64,000 nt of DNA from Clostridia bacterium (GCA_029256705.1 JAQSXK010000001.1:29864-93863), one strand, 5' to 3'; shown: positions 40,583 to 51,872, counted from the first letter of the stretch. Program-made: numbers and translations. Notes: generated from the sequence alone by a model not told the origin.

Positions 40583-42958
40583 TTATTCTTGTTCCTGTTT
40601 AGCAGCTTGTTGCATGCTAAACTTTATTTCTTGCCATTCTTCTTTAGATATTAATAATTGTCTTGGCTTACTTCCATCATAACCAGATATTAAACCCCTT
40701 GCTTCCATTTGATCTACTATTCTACCAGCTCTTGAATAGCCAATTTTGAATCTTCTTTGTAGCATTGAAGCAGATGCTTGACCCATATCTACTACCATAT
40801 CTATTGCATCGTTTAATATTGGATCTGATTCATCAGCATTTTCACCATGTTCACTATCTTTACCTTTAGTATTAGCCTTTTCTATACTTTCTATTATATC
40901 ATCGCTATAAACGGCTTCTGAATTTCTTTTTATTGTACTCACTACAGATTCTATTTCTTTTTCAGAAATCCAAGTACCTTGTATTCTTTGTGGTTTGTTA
41001 GCACCAACAGGGAAATATAGCATGTCCCCTTTACCAAGTAACTTCTCTGCGCCAGCCATATCTAATATAGTTCTAGAATCTATTTGAGATGATACAGTAA
41101 ATGCAATTCTAGATGGAATATTTGCTTTAATTATTCCTGTAATTACATCTACAGAAGGTCTTTGAGTTGCAACAACTAAATGCATACCTGCAGCTCTGGC
41201 CATTTGAGCTAATCTGCATATTGCATCTTCAACATCATTTGGAGCCACCATCATAAGATCTGCAAGCTCATCAATTATTATTACTATTTGAGGTAATTTT
41301 GCAGCATCTTTTTCTTTTTCTATTTCTGCGTTATATCCTTTTATATCCTTAACACCCTTTGATGCAAATAAATTATATCTATTTACCATCTCTTGAACAG
41401 CCCAATTAAGAGCTCCAGCAGCCTTTTTAGGATCAGTAACAACAGGTATTAATAAATGTGGTATACCATTGTAGCCTGAAAGTTCTACCATCTTTGGATC
41501 TACTAATATCATTTTCACATCGCTAGGCTTAGCTTTATATAATATTGAAACAATAAGTGAATTAATACATACACTCTTACCTGAACCTGTTGCCCCAGCT
41601 ATTAACATATGTGGCATTTTTGCTATATCTCCAACTATTATATCTCCGGCTGCATCTTTTCCTAAAGAATAAGCAAGATTAGAATTACTATGTTTAAATT
41701 CTTTTGACTCAATTACTTCTCTTAAAAATACTGATTCTGGTTCTGGATTTGGAACTTCAATACCTACTGCAGCTTTACCTGGAATAGGCGCTTCGATTCT
41801 TATACTCTTAGCCGCTAAATTAAGAGCTATATCATCTGCTAAATTAACTATTTTACTAACTTTTACACCAGTATTTGGAGATAATTCATATCTAGTTACT
41901 GTTGGTCCTTTTGTAATGTTGGTAACCTTTGCATCAACACCAAAACTAGATAAAGTTTTTTGTAGTTTTACAGCTGTTGCGTGTATAGCTTTTTTATCAA
42001 AATTCTTATCTGCATTTGCATTAACACCTAAAAGTTCAATAGGCGGAAATTCATAATTTTCTTCAAAAGAAAGTTTTGCATGGTCAAGTGTAAGAACTTC
42101 TTTAATGCTTTTATCTTCTTTTTTCTCAATTTGTTTTTTGAAAAAATCATCTCTTTGTTGTTTTGCTTGAGTTTGTTCATCACTAGGTTTTCCACCTAAT
42201 TTATTGAAATCAAATTCAATCTGTTCAGATTTATCTGTATTAATATTCTTAAGTGCATCACTGCTACCTTTTTCCTTCATTTTTTCTTCTATCATTTTTT
42301 GTTTTAATTCTTGTTTTCTAAGTTCTCTTTTACTTAATCCCTTTTCTGCTTTTATATCAAATTTATCTTTACTAAATACAGAAGTAAATATATTATAAAT
42401 ACCATTAGCTAAAAATGCAAATGTATTATATAATATATATATAAGTTGTCTGAGTGACATCTTTAAAAAATATAGAGTTGCTATTATAGCAATAAATAAA
42501 ACAACAATTCTACTACCTATAACACCAATAAATTTAACAAAAGTTACAGCTATAATTCCACCTAGTGTACCAGATAAACTCAAAGTAGTTACTCCGTTAT
42601 TAAAAGTGGTGCTGCAAAATTTAAATACATTATCAAATAACGTATAATTTGATTCAGTAAATACATATATTACTGAAGATATTGTTATAGCGGCTACAAG
42701 TCCTTTAAGTAATTCTCCAACTACCTTTACTTTCTCATCAGACATAATAGAATTAATTCCTACTAACATAAAAATAGCAGGAATAGTATAAGCAGCTACA
42801 CCTAAGCAACCTTTTAAAATATTATTTGATACTTCGGAAAATACACCAATATTATCAAATGTCAAAAAAACAATAAAAACCAATGATAGTACTATAAGTA
42901 TACCACCCAATAAGTCGTTTTTTATTGTTTTTGTTTGCTTCTTTTTTTTTCTACCCAT
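40583..42958 (-). CDS. ftsK: DNA translocase FtsK/SpoIIIE
   Basis: N-terminal TM helices, PHMLIAGATGSGKS, IIDELADLM, ATQRPSVDV, gamma domain ASASMLQRRFKIGYSRA. Confidence 0.96.
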   Translation of the reverse strand: MGRKKKKQTKTIKNDLLGGILIVLSLVFIVFLTFDNIGVFSEVSNNILKGCLGVAAYTIPAIFMLVGINSIMSDEKVKVVGELLKGLVAAITISSVIYVFTESNYTLFDNVFKFCSTTFNNGVTTLSLSGTLGGIIAVTFVKFIGVIGSRIVVLFIAIIATLYFLKMSLRQLIYILYNTFAFLANGIYNIFTSVFSKDKFDIKAEKGLSKRELRKQELKQKMIEEKMKEKGSSDALKNINTDKSEQIEFDFNKLGGKPSDEQTQAKQQRDDFFKKQIEKKEDKSIKEVLTLDHAKLSFEENYEFPPIELLGVNANADKNFDKKAIHATAVKLQKTLSSFGVDAKVTNITKGPTVTRYELSPNTGVKVSKIVNLADDIALNLAAKSIRIEAPIPGKAAVGIEVPNPEPESVFLREVIESKEFKHSNSNLAYSLGKDAAGDIIVGDIAKMPHMLIAGATGSGKSVCINSLIVSILYKAKPSDVKMILVDPKMVELSGYNGIPHLLIPVVTDPKKAAGALNWAVQEMVNRYNLFASKGVKDIKGYNAEIEKEKDAAKLPQIVIIIDELADLMMVAPNDVEDAICRLAQMARAAGMHLVVATQRPSVDVITGIIKANIPSRIAFTVSSQIDSRTILDMAGAEKLLGKGDMLYFPVGANKPQRIQGTWISEKEIESVVSTIKRNSEAVYSDDIIESIEKANTKGKDSEHGENADESDPILNDAIDMVVDMGQASASMLQRRFKIGYSRAGRIVDQMEARGLISGYDGSKPRQLLISKEEWQEIKFSMQQAAKQEQE

Positions 42959-42988
42959 AGTACTTTAATCAACCCATTTCCGTAGATA

Positions 42989-43441
42989 TTATTTTAACTC
43001 TTTTCTGTTATTGTGTATTACTTGCATAGTCTCTCTTAAAACATCTTCTACTTTTTCTAATATAGCATCAGCATAATCACGTGTACCACAAGATATTTCT
43101 TTTGAAATTCTATTAGCATTTTCGACAATTTCTTCTTTTTGCATAATAGCTTGTTTAGTTATAACATGCTCGTCTACCATTTGAATTATCTTATTTTCTG
43201 CCTCTTTAAGTAATTCTTCAGATTCTTTTTGAGCATCATTAATAATGTTTAATCTTTCATCTTTTATTCTTTTAGCTTGCTTTAATTCATCTGGAAGTTT
43301 TAAACGAATTTCTTCTAAAATATCGCCTAATTCTTCTTTGTCAACCATAACCTTAGAAGAAAAAGGAACCTTAGAACTATTTTCAACTAACTCCTCTAAA
43401 TTCTCTAATAATGTAAAAATTTCCATAAAATTTACCTCCAC
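42989..43441 (-). CDS. Conserved coiled-coil protein normally found downstream of rsmD-coaD
   Basis: LE.LEELVE....VPFS.KVMVD.EE...LPDELKQA...YAD.IL motif. Confidence 0.75.
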   Translation of the reverse strand: MEVNFMEIFTLLENLEELVENSSKVPFSSKVMVDKEELGDILEEIRLKLPDELKQAKRIKDERLNIINDAQKESEELLKEAENKIIQMVDEHVITKQAIMQKEEIVENANRISKEISCGTRDYADAILEKVEDVLRETMQVIHNNRKELK

Positions 43442-43995
43442 TTATATATCTTTATAACGACTCTACCATAAAATTTGGTATTTATACATTCTAAATTTTC
43501 TAGATTATCATATTTTTCATCTAGAAAAGCTTTATCAAATTCGTATATTATTATACCATCTTTTGTTAGTACCTTACCCTTATTGTTTGAAATATATTCT
43601 AAAGACTTTATAGCATAATCGCTTTCATAAGGAGGATCTATAAATATTATGTCAAATAACATTTCGTCCTGAGTTATCTTCTTTAAACATTTCAAATAAT
43701 CTTTCATAGATATTTTAACATATTTTTCAGTATTAGTCAACTGTATATTAAATAATATTGTCGAAACTGCACTTTTTTCTCTATCGTTAATATAGCAAAA
43801 ACTAGCACCTCTACTTAGCATTTCTATAGCTATACTACCAGTACCAGAAAATAGATCTAACACCTTAGCATCCTGGATGTAAGGCATTGCCATAGAAAAC
43901 ACTGCTTCTTTTACTCTATCTAATGTAGGTCTTGTCTTATCTGTTGTAGGACTTTTTAACCTTTTACCTTTAAATTTACCTGCAATTATTCTCAT
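43432..43995 (-). CDS. rsmD: 16S rRNA m2G966 methyltransferase RsmD
   Basis: MRIIAGKFKG, TRPT.DRVKEA.F, LDLFSGTG, DPPY. Confidence 0.95.
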   Translation of the reverse strand: MRIIAGKFKGKRLKSPTTDKTRPTLDRVKEAVFSMAMPYIQDAKVLDLFSGTGSIAIEMLSRGASFCYINDREKSAVSTILFNIQLTNTEKYVKISMKDYLKCLKKITQDEMLFDIIFIDPPYESDYAIKSLEYISNNKGKVLTKDGIIIYEFDKAFLDEKYDNLENLECINTKFYGRVVIKIYKWR

Positions 43996-44003
43996 TTTGT
44001 CTC

Positions 44004-45383
44004 CTAACTTATAATATCTAAAATCACTGGTTTAGATTTTAAAATGTTTGCCATAGATTGCTCTATTTTATCTATATATATTGCATTTGTTATATACTCG
44101 AATGCATCTTTAAATTTTTGTTTATCATTATATAATACAGTTAATATTATGTCACCTTTTTTTACTTTACTTCCAACTTTTTTAGAAAATTCAAATCCTA
44201 CTCCATAGTCAATTTTATCTTCTTTTTTATTTCTTGAACCGCCCAACGCTACAAGCGCCTGACCAATTTTTTTACTATCTATACTTACAATATATCCATC
44301 TTTATCTGCATATATTTCTTTCATATATTTAACTTCATCTAATAAAACAGGCATATCAAGATTTAAATTTAACCAATCCATATAAACTTTATGTATGTAT
44401 CCACCTTGTGACTTAATTAACTCTATAAATTTATCATAAGCCTTTCGAGATGTTATAGTTTTCATAATTTCAATTTTATTTTTTTCTATGCTATCCCCTA
44501 AACCAGCCATTTTAAGCATCTGTGCTGCTATTTCAAATACAACTTCTTTTAATTCTTTATTTTCATAAAGGTCAAGTGTAGATTCATCAGCAAGTAAAAA
44601 TGAAATTGCCTCTTTAATTTCAACAACATTTCCTACACTTTTTCCAAGTGGTTGTTCCATTGAAGTAATTACTGCTTTTGTTTCTCTTCCAGCTCTTTTA
44701 CCTATATCTACCATTGTTCTTGCAAGTAACCTAGCACTTTCTAAGTCTTGCATAAATGCTCCACTACCAACCGTTACATCAAGAACTATTTTATCTACTC
44801 CAGATGCTATTTTTTTACTCATTATAGAAGAAGCAATTAAAGGTATTGAGGATACTGTGGCAGTAACATCACGAAGTGCATAAAGTTTCTTATCTGCTAT
44901 TGCAATTTCACTACTTTGAGATATTAAACAAACACCAATATCTTCAGTTTGATTAATTGCTTCATCCAAAGGTTTAAATAAATCATATCCTTTAATAGAC
45001 TCCAATTTATCTGCAGTTCCTCCTGTATATCCAAGTCCTCTACCAGACATCTTAACAATTTTAGCTCCAAGTGCAGCAACAATTGGAAGTACAAGTAATG
45101 TTACTTTATCTCCAACACCACCTGTAGAATGTTTATCTATTATTATACTACCATCTTCTTTTAATAAAGATAAGTCTAATATACTTGCAGAATTTGCCAT
45201 AGCCTTTGTCAAATAGTATAATTCATCATTTTCCATACCATTTAAATAAATAGCCATAAGTAAAGCCGACATTTGGTAATCTGGAATTTTTTCATTTACA
45301 TATTCAGTTATGAAAAAATCTATTTCTTCTTTACTTAATACTTTTTTATCCCTCTTTTTTTCAATAATATCATATATTCTCAT
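44004..45383 (-). CDS. pdp: Pyrimidine-nucleoside/thymidine phosphorylase
   Basis: DKHSTGGVGDK, KMSGRGLG.TGGT.DKLESI, LYALRDVTATV, SIMSKK. Confidence 0.95.
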   Translation of the reverse strand: MRIYDIIEKKRDKKVLSKEEIDFFITEYVNEKIPDYQMSALLMAIYLNGMENDELYYLTKAMANSASILDLSLLKEDGSIIIDKHSTGGVGDKVTLLVLPIVAALGAKIVKMSGRGLGYTGGTADKLESIKGYDLFKPLDEAINQTEDIGVCLISQSSEIAIADKKLYALRDVTATVSSIPLIASSIMSKKIASGVDKIVLDVTVGSGAFMQDLESARLLARTMVDIGKRAGRETKAVITSMEQPLGKSVGNVVEIKEAISFLLADESTLDLYENKELKEVVFEIAAQMLKMAGLGDSIEKNKIEIMKTITSRKAYDKFIELIKSQGGYIHKVYMDWLNLNLDMPVLLDEVKYMKEIYADKDGYIVSIDSKKIGQALVALGGSRNKKEDKIDYGVGFEFSKKVGSKVKKGDIILTVLYNDKQKFKDAFEYITNAIYIDKIEQSMANILKSKPVILDIIS

Positions 45384-45404
45384 ATATTCCCTCTCCTATT
45401 TTTA

Positions 45405-46040
45405 TTAGATAAAATGTTTACAAAAACTTGGTCTATGTATACTGCAAAGTCCATATTTTTTAATAGCATCTATATGCGCTTTTGTGCCATACCCCTTATT
45501 TTTACTAAAGTTATATTCTGGATACTCCTTGTCATATACTTGCATCATTCTATCTCTTGTAACTTTTGCTATTATACTAGCTGCCGCAATTGATGCACTT
45601 TTACTATCACCAGAAATTAAAGTATTACTTTGAATTTCTATATCTATATTTTGATTTCCATCTATTATAACGAAATCTGGTTTGACTCTTAAGTTATCAA
45701 TTGCTTGCTTCATAGCAAGTTTTGTAGCATTTAATATATTAACTTCTTCAATTACATCTATATCAGAAATTCCTATACCATAAAAAATTTCTTTATTATT
45801 TGTTAGTTCTTCATATATCTTTTCTCTTTTTTTCTCGGATAGTTTTTTTGAATCGTTTACACCTTCAATAAATAAATTAATTGGTAATATAACAGCTGCA
45901 GCTACTACAGGTCCGCATAAAGGGCCCCTACCAGCCTCATCAACACCCGCAACATGTGTATAACCTAAATTATTTAATTCTTGCTCATATATTAGCATTT
46001 CTTTTATTCTTTGCTCTTCTTCAATTTTCATTATATACAC
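45405..46040 (-). CDS. rnhB: Ribonuclease HII
   Basis: GVDEAGRGPL, DSKKL, IAAASIIAKVTRD, KGYGT. Confidence 0.96.
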   Translation of the reverse strand: MYIMKIEEEQRIKEMLIYEQELNNLGYTHVAGVDEAGRGPLCGPVVAAAVILPINLFIEGVNDSKKLSEKKREKIYEELTNNKEIFYGIGISDIDVIEEVNILNATKLAMKQAIDNLRVKPDFVIIDGNQNIDIEIQSNTLISGDSKSASIAAASIIAKVTRDRMMQVYDKEYPEYNFSKNKGYGTKAHIDAIKKYGLCSIHRPSFCKHFI

Positions 46041-46762
46041 ATCCCACCATCTACTGTTATTACTTGTCCAGTTATATATCTTGCATTATCACTAGCTAAA
46101 AATACAGTAAGTCCAGAAATATCCTCTGGATTTCCTAGTCTGTTTAATGGTATTTCTTCTTTTAAATTATTTAAATCGTCATTAGATAAAGAGTTAAGCA
46201 TATCTGTTTGTATTACTCCTGGAGCAATACTATTTACTGTTATATTAGATAACCCTAATTCTTTTGCTAGTGCTTTAGTCATTCCTATAACTCCAGCTTT
46301 TGAAGCGCTATAATGTACTTCACATGAAGATCCTGTTATCCCCCATATAGAAGATATATTTATTATACTACCGTTTTTTTCTTTTATCATGGTCTTATTT
46401 AAAACAGATTTTGTAACATTAAAAACACTAGTTAAATTAGTATTTATCATATTCATAAAACAATCTTCAGATATATCTGTAAACAGTGAATAATCGCAAA
46501 TACCAGCATTATTAACTAAACAATCTATTTTTCCATATTTTAAAACTATCTCATCTATAACAACATCTATATCTTCTTTTTTTATTATATCTAATTTATA
46601 AATATCTATATTAAAATTATCTCTTAATTTATTAGCTTCTTCTTCAGAGTTATTATATGTTATACATACGTTATATCCTTCATTTTTAAAATGTATAGCT
46701 ATTTGTTTACCTATACCTTTTGCTGCTCCTGTAATTAATACGGTTTTATTCATCATACTCAT
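46031..46762 (-). CDS. SDR oxidoreductase, FabG/YmfI-like (possible EF-P 5-aminopentanone reductase)
   Basis: TGAAKGIG, NNAG, SSIWGITGSSCEVHYSASK (YmfI-like signature). Confidence 0.85.
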   Translation of the reverse strand: MSMMNKTVLITGAAKGIGKQIAIHFKNEGYNVCITYNNSEEEANKLRDNFNIDIYKLDIIKKEDIDVVIDEIVLKYGKIDCLVNNAGICDYSLFTDISEDCFMNMINTNLTSVFNVTKSVLNKTMIKEKNGSIINISSIWGITGSSCEVHYSASKAGVIGMTKALAKELGLSNITVNSIAPGVIQTDMLNSLSNDDLNNLKEEIPLNRLGNPEDISGLTVFLASDNARYITGQVITVDGGMCI

Positions 46763-48219
46763 CCTTTATACTGTAATTTTGTTATAATATTTTCTATTCC
46801 ACTTTTAAAAGTTGGATAGTTTATTAGAAAATCTTCTAAATTACTATTATCTACCTTTTTAAATAAATAATTTCCTTGTATTTTATCTGCCTGACCATTT
46901 AATGCATATTTTAATTCATCTTCATTCTCAATACATATAACTGTAGTTAAGTAATCTAAATCTTTACAGACACTTATTATATTTTTTAATATATTTGGAT
47001 TAAAATCTGATTTTTTAGAAATATATCCCGCATTAATTTTTATCTCATCAATTCTAAGTTGTCTAAATAATTTTAGATTCTCATACTTTAATTCAAGATT
47101 CGATATACAAACTGATGCTCCGGCTTCTTTTAATCTATCTATTAGATATTTATAACTTTCTAAATACTTAATAATAACCATATTAGTAAATTCAATTTGT
47201 ATAACTCCCCTATTTAATTTATATTCATTTAAAATCTCAAATAGTTTATCTCCAAACTCATGTCTTTTTGCATGTGTATTTGAAAGATTAATAGAAATTT
47301 TAACATTTTTATATCCATTCAGATTTAAGTTATCTATTTTCTCACAAGATTTTCTTAAAACAAATTCATCTAGGTATATTACAATACCCATTTCTTCAGC
47401 TTGTTTTATAAAATACTCCGAGTTTAATTTTCCAAGTACTGGGTGATTCCAAAATATTAATGATTCTAAACAAATTTCATCTAAATTATTTAAATTAATT
47501 CTTGGTTGAAATTCGACATCAAATTCTTTGTTTTTTAAGGCATCTTTTAAATCTATTTCCATTTTCTTTTTATTATTAAGTTGTGCTTTTAAAGCTTCAT
47601 TATGGAAATAATAACTGTTTTTACCATTTTCTTTTATATAGTACATTGCATCATCAGCATATGTCATAAGTTCATTACGTGAGGTACCATCTGTTGGATA
47701 TATTGAAACACCTAAACTATATTCCAATACAATTTTAGTATCATCTATTACAACAGGTACTTTTAATCCTTCTTTTAATTTATCTAATATATTAGATATT
47801 TCTTCTATAGTATTAATATTATCCATTATTATACCAAATTCATCTCCACCTAACCTATAAGGTATACAAGTAGATGGTAAATTCTTTTCTAGCATATTAC
47901 CAAGTTCAATCAAAAGAAGATCTCCTGCATCATGACCCAATGTATCATTGACATGTTTAAATCCATCTAAATCCATAAAACAAACCGCAAATTTATTTTT
48001 TTTATTTAGATGATTATCTAATTCACTTAAGAATTTATGTCTATTTCCTCTTCCAGTTAGCGGATCAGTAAAGGCTTGTTTTTTTATTTTAGTATTTTCC
48101 TTTATCTTATTTAAAATGGAGTATCTATATAATATCATACCAGTAAGTAATACAGTTAAATATACTATTAGATTAATCCATACAGCTCTTACAAATTCTA
48201 CATCAATATTCATTCTCAT
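46759..48219 (-). CDS. Membrane-anchored diguanylate cyclase with a degenerate EAL domain
   Basis: One TM helix, D.LTG, DLDGFK.VND..GH..GD, intact GGDEF; EAL changed to ESL and DDFGTG absent. Confidence 0.9.
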   Translation of the reverse strand: MRMNIDVEFVRAVWINLIVYLTVLLTGMILYRYSILNKIKENTKIKKQAFTDPLTGRGNRHKFLSELDNHLNKKNKFAVCFMDLDGFKHVNDTLGHDAGDLLLIELGNMLEKNLPSTCIPYRLGGDEFGIIMDNINTIEEISNILDKLKEGLKVPVVIDDTKIVLEYSLGVSIYPTDGTSRNELMTYADDAMYYIKENGKNSYYFHNEALKAQLNNKKKMEIDLKDALKNKEFDVEFQPRINLNNLDEICLESLIFWNHPVLGKLNSEYFIKQAEEMGIVIYLDEFVLRKSCEKIDNLNLNGYKNVKISINLSNTHAKRHEFGDKLFEILNEYKLNRGVIQIEFTNMVIIKYLESYKYLIDRLKEAGASVCISNLELKYENLKLFRQLRIDEIKINAGYISKKSDFNPNILKNIISVCKDLDYLTTVICIENEDELKYALNGQADKIQGNYLFKKVDNSNLEDFLINYPTFKSGIENIITKLQYKG

Positions 48220-48250
48220 TCCCCTTTATAATAATAGATTTACTTAAATT

Positions 48251-50011
48251 TTAGTCTACATAGACATCCTGTTTGTTATATTTAGTATGTAGTAACTCAT
48301 GTGATTTTTTTCCATTAGGCTCACCTAAAAACTTTTCATAAATTAATTTAACATTTGGATTTTCATGTGATCTTCTATATTTTGCCTCTTTATCTGCAAC
48401 ATATAATGCTTTTGCTCTTAAAGAAATAACATCAACCTTACTAGCTTTATATTCATTTACTAAAGGTTGACCCCCACCGTTTATACATCCACCCGGACAA
48501 GTCATTACTTCTATAAAACTATATTTACTTGTTCCGTTTTTTATTTCATCTAGCACTTGTGAAACGCTTGCTAAACTTTGTGCAACAGCAATTTTATGTG
48601 TTTTACCAGCTATTTGTATTTCTGCTTCTTTTATGTTTTTAGATCCACGTATAGCATTAAATTCTACATTTTCTATTTCTGTTCCATCTAATAAGTACGA
48701 TACACTTCTTAGTGCCGCTTCCATTACTCCACCTGTAGTACCAAATATATGTCCAGCACCTGTTGCTTCTCCTAATGGTTCATCAAAGTCTTCATCATCT
48801 AGCATTGCTAAGTCTATATTTGACTCTTTAAGCATTCTTGCCATTTCTCTTGTAGTTACAACATTATCTACTGCTTGAAGTCCATTATCTAATTTTAATT
48901 CATCACGTACTATTTCAGCTTTTTTTGCAGAACATGGCATAAGAGCTACAGAATAAATATCTTTTGGATCAATATTCATTTTAGCAGCATAATATGTTTT
49001 TATTAAAGTTCCTAAAATCTCCATAGGTGATTTTGCTGTAGATAAATTTTCTAATTGTTCTGGATAAAACTTTTCTGCAAAAGTAATCCAACCACTACTA
49101 CAAGAAGTAATCATAGGAAGTTTTCCACCATTTTTAAGTCTTGAAATAAATTCAGTTGCCTCTTCCATAATAGTTATATCTGCACCTAAATCTGTATCAA
49201 AAACCCTGTCAAATCCTATTTTTCTTAAAGCAGCTACCATTTTACCTGTAACTAAACTACCAATTGGCATTCCAAATTCTTCGCCAATTGCAGCTCTCAC
49301 GGATGGAGCCGTTTGAATAACAACATGCTTTTTAGAATCTGCTAAAGCTTCTTTTAATTCTTTCACATTACTTTTTTCAGTAAGCGCACCGACAGGGCAA
49401 TGTATAATACATTGTCCACAACCAACACATGTAGATTTTTTAATACTCATATTAAGTGCAACACCAACTCTAGATTTAAATCCTCTATTCATTACAGATA
49501 TCGCAGATACACCTTGAACTTTTTTACAAACATTAACACATCTTCTACATAAAATACATTTAGCTGTATTTCTTACTATACATTCAGAGGCATCATCAAG
49601 AATTGCTTCTGGCATTTCACCTTCATAATCATAATCTTCAATCTCAAATTTTTTGCATAAATCTTGAAGTCTACAGTTTGTATTTCTTACACAACTTAAA
49701 CATTTTTTATCATGAGCAGATAATATAAGTTGCAAAACTTCTCTTTTTGTTTCAATTAGATCTTTTGTATTAGTTCTTACAACCATACCTTCTTCAGCAG
49801 GATAAACGCAAGAAGTTTTATATCCTCTTACACCCTCTATCTCTACCAAGCACATTCTACAATTTCCAACTTCATTTATTTCTTTTAAAAAACATAAAGT
49901 CGGTACGTCTATATCTATTTTTCTAGCAGCTTCTAGTATTGAAGTTCCCTCTTCTACTGAAACTTTTTTCCCATCTATAGTTAAATTTATCATTTTTTTA
50001 GCTTCTTCCAC
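48251..50011 (-). CDS. hydA: [FeFe]-hydrogenase catalytic subunit of a trimeric bifurcating enzyme (group A3-type)
   Basis: N-terminal 2Fe-2S and 4Fe-4S motifs; H-cluster motifs TSCSSGW, MPCSAKKAE, EVMTCPGGCINGGGQP. Confidence 0.93.
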   Translation of the reverse strand: MEEAKKMINLTIDGKKVSVEEGTSILEAARKIDIDVPTLCFLKEINEVGNCRMCLVEIEGVRGYKTSCVYPAEEGMVVRTNTKDLIETKREVLQLILSAHDKKCLSCVRNTNCRLQDLCKKFEIEDYDYEGEMPEAILDDASECIVRNTAKCILCRRCVNVCKKVQGVSAISVMNRGFKSRVGVALNMSIKKSTCVGCGQCIIHCPVGALTEKSNVKELKEALADSKKHVVIQTAPSVRAAIGEEFGMPIGSLVTGKMVAALRKIGFDRVFDTDLGADITIMEEATEFISRLKNGGKLPMITSCSSGWITFAEKFYPEQLENLSTAKSPMEILGTLIKTYYAAKMNIDPKDIYSVALMPCSAKKAEIVRDELKLDNGLQAVDNVVTTREMARMLKESNIDLAMLDDEDFDEPLGEATGAGHIFGTTGGVMEAALRSVSYLLDGTEIENVEFNAIRGSKNIKEAEIQIAGKTHKIAVAQSLASVSQVLDEIKNGTSKYSFIEVMTCPGGCINGGGQPLVNEYKASKVDVISLRAKALYVADKEAKYRRSHENPNVKLIYEKFLGEPNGKKSHELLHTKYNKQDVYVD

Positions 50012-50031
50012 GTATATTTCCCCCTCTAATA

Positions 50032-51855
50032 TTAACTTATTGCTTTAAAAGGACATTTAGCTACACATACTTTACATTTTATACATTTAGTTTGATCTAT
50101 TTCAAAAGGCCCTTTTCTAACTTCACCCATAATTGCATTTGTTGGACAATTCTTTTGACATATACCACACTCTTTACATTTTTCTGGATTTATAATTACT
50201 TTAGTTAAAGCTTTACATTCTCCAGCAGCACAATTTTTGTTTTCTATATGATCTACATATTCATCTCTAAAATATTTTAAAGTGCTAAGAACCGGATTTG
50301 GTGCTGTTTGACCAAGTCCACAAAGTGATGCATTCTTTATAACGTTAGCTAGTTTTTCTAATCTATCTATATCCTCAACTTTGCCTTTGCCTTCTGTAAT
50401 CCTAGTTAAAATTTCAAGCATTCTTTTCGTACCAATTCTACAAGATGGACATTTTCCGCATGATTCATCAACAGTAAACTCTAAGAAAAATTTAGCTATG
50501 TTTACCATACATTTAGTTTCGTCCATTACTATAAGTCCACCAGATCCCATCATAGATCCGATTTGTGTTAGTGATTCATAATCTATAGGAGTATCTAAAT
50601 GTTGGTTTGGTATACAACCACCACTAGGCCCACCTGTTTGAGCTGCTTTAAATTTCTTGCCTCCAGGTATTCCTCCACCTATATCATAAACTATTTCCCT
50701 AAGTGTTGTTCCCATAGGAACTTCAACTAATCCTACGTTATTTATATTACCACCTAAAGCAAATACTTTAGTTCCTTTAGAAGTATTTGTTCCAATAGAT
50801 GAAAACCACTCAGATCCATTTAATATTATTTGACATACATTAGCATATGTTTCTACATTATTAAGTAATGTAGGTTTTGCAAATAACCCTTTAACAGCAG
50901 GAAAAGGAGGTCTTGGTCTTGGCTCACCACGTTTACCTTCGATAGAATTCATAAGAGCTGTTTCTTCTCCACATACAAATGCTCCAGCTCCTAGTCTAAG
51001 TTCAATATCAAAATCAAAATCAGTTCCAAGTATATTTTTACCAAGTAATCCATATTTTTTAGCTTGCTTTATAGCAATTTTTAATCTTTCTACAGCAATT
51101 GGATATTCTGCTCTTACATAGATATATCCTTGATTTGACCCTATAGCATACCCAGCAATAGCCATAGCTTCAAGTACACTATGAGGATCACCTTCTAATA
51201 TACTTCTATCCATGAATGCTCCTGGATCGCCTTCATCAGCATTACAGCATACGTATTTAACATCACTTTTTGAAGCAGCTGTAAATTGCCACTTCTTACC
51301 AGTAGGAAAACCTGCCCCTCCTCTACCGCGAAGACCAGATTCTAATACTGTATTAATTACTTCATTTTTAGTTAATCCTGTTAAAACTTTTTCTAAAGCT
51401 AAATAACCGTCAACTGCTATATACTCATCTATATCTTCTGGATTTATATACCCACAGTTTTTAAGTGCTACTCTTTTTTGCTTATTATAAAAATTAAGTT
51501 CATGCCATTTTTGAATGAATTTATCATTTTCTGATGGCATTAATCTTTCTACTTTAGTTCCACTTATAACAGCTTTTATTATATCTTCACTATCTTCTAC
51601 TTTAACCATTTCATAGAAAGTTTGCTCTGGTTCTATAACTATAATAGGCCCTTTTGCACAAAATCCAAAACAACCTGTTTTTTCAATAATTACATCACTA
51701 CCTAATTCTTTACCCTTCTTTTTTAGTTCTTCTAATATTTTATCACTTTTCGATGATGTACAACCAGTACCAGAACATATCATTATTCTACTACTTTTAA
51801 ATTTTAATTTAGTATTACTTCTTATATCCCTTAATTCTTTAGATGTTTTTTGCAT
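50032..51855 (-). CDS. hydB: NADH/FMN-binding hydrogenase subunit (NuoF-like)
   Basis: GLRGRGGAGFPTG.KW, NADEGDPG, GAFVCGEETAL, ESCGKC..CR.G, C-terminal ferredoxins. Confidence 0.93.
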   Translation of the reverse strand: MQKTSKELRDIRSNTKLKFKSSRIMICSGTGCTSSKSDKILEELKKKGKELGSDVIIEKTGCFGFCAKGPIIVIEPEQTFYEMVKVEDSEDIIKAVISGTKVERLMPSENDKFIQKWHELNFYNKQKRVALKNCGYINPEDIDEYIAVDGYLALEKVLTGLTKNEVINTVLESGLRGRGGAGFPTGKKWQFTAASKSDVKYVCCNADEGDPGAFMDRSILEGDPHSVLEAMAIAGYAIGSNQGYIYVRAEYPIAVERLKIAIKQAKKYGLLGKNILGTDFDFDIELRLGAGAFVCGEETALMNSIEGKRGEPRPRPPFPAVKGLFAKPTLLNNVETYANVCQIILNGSEWFSSIGTNTSKGTKVFALGGNINNVGLVEVPMGTTLREIVYDIGGGIPGGKKFKAAQTGGPSGGCIPNQHLDTPIDYESLTQIGSMMGSGGLIVMDETKCMVNIAKFFLEFTVDESCGKCPSCRIGTKRMLEILTRITEGKGKVEDIDRLEKLANVIKNASLCGLGQTAPNPVLSTLKYFRDEYVDHIENKNCAAGECKALTKVIINPEKCKECGICQKNCPTNAIMGEVRKGPFEIDQTKCIKCKVCVAKCPFKAIS

Positions 51856-51872
51856 ATCATTTCTCCCCTTAA

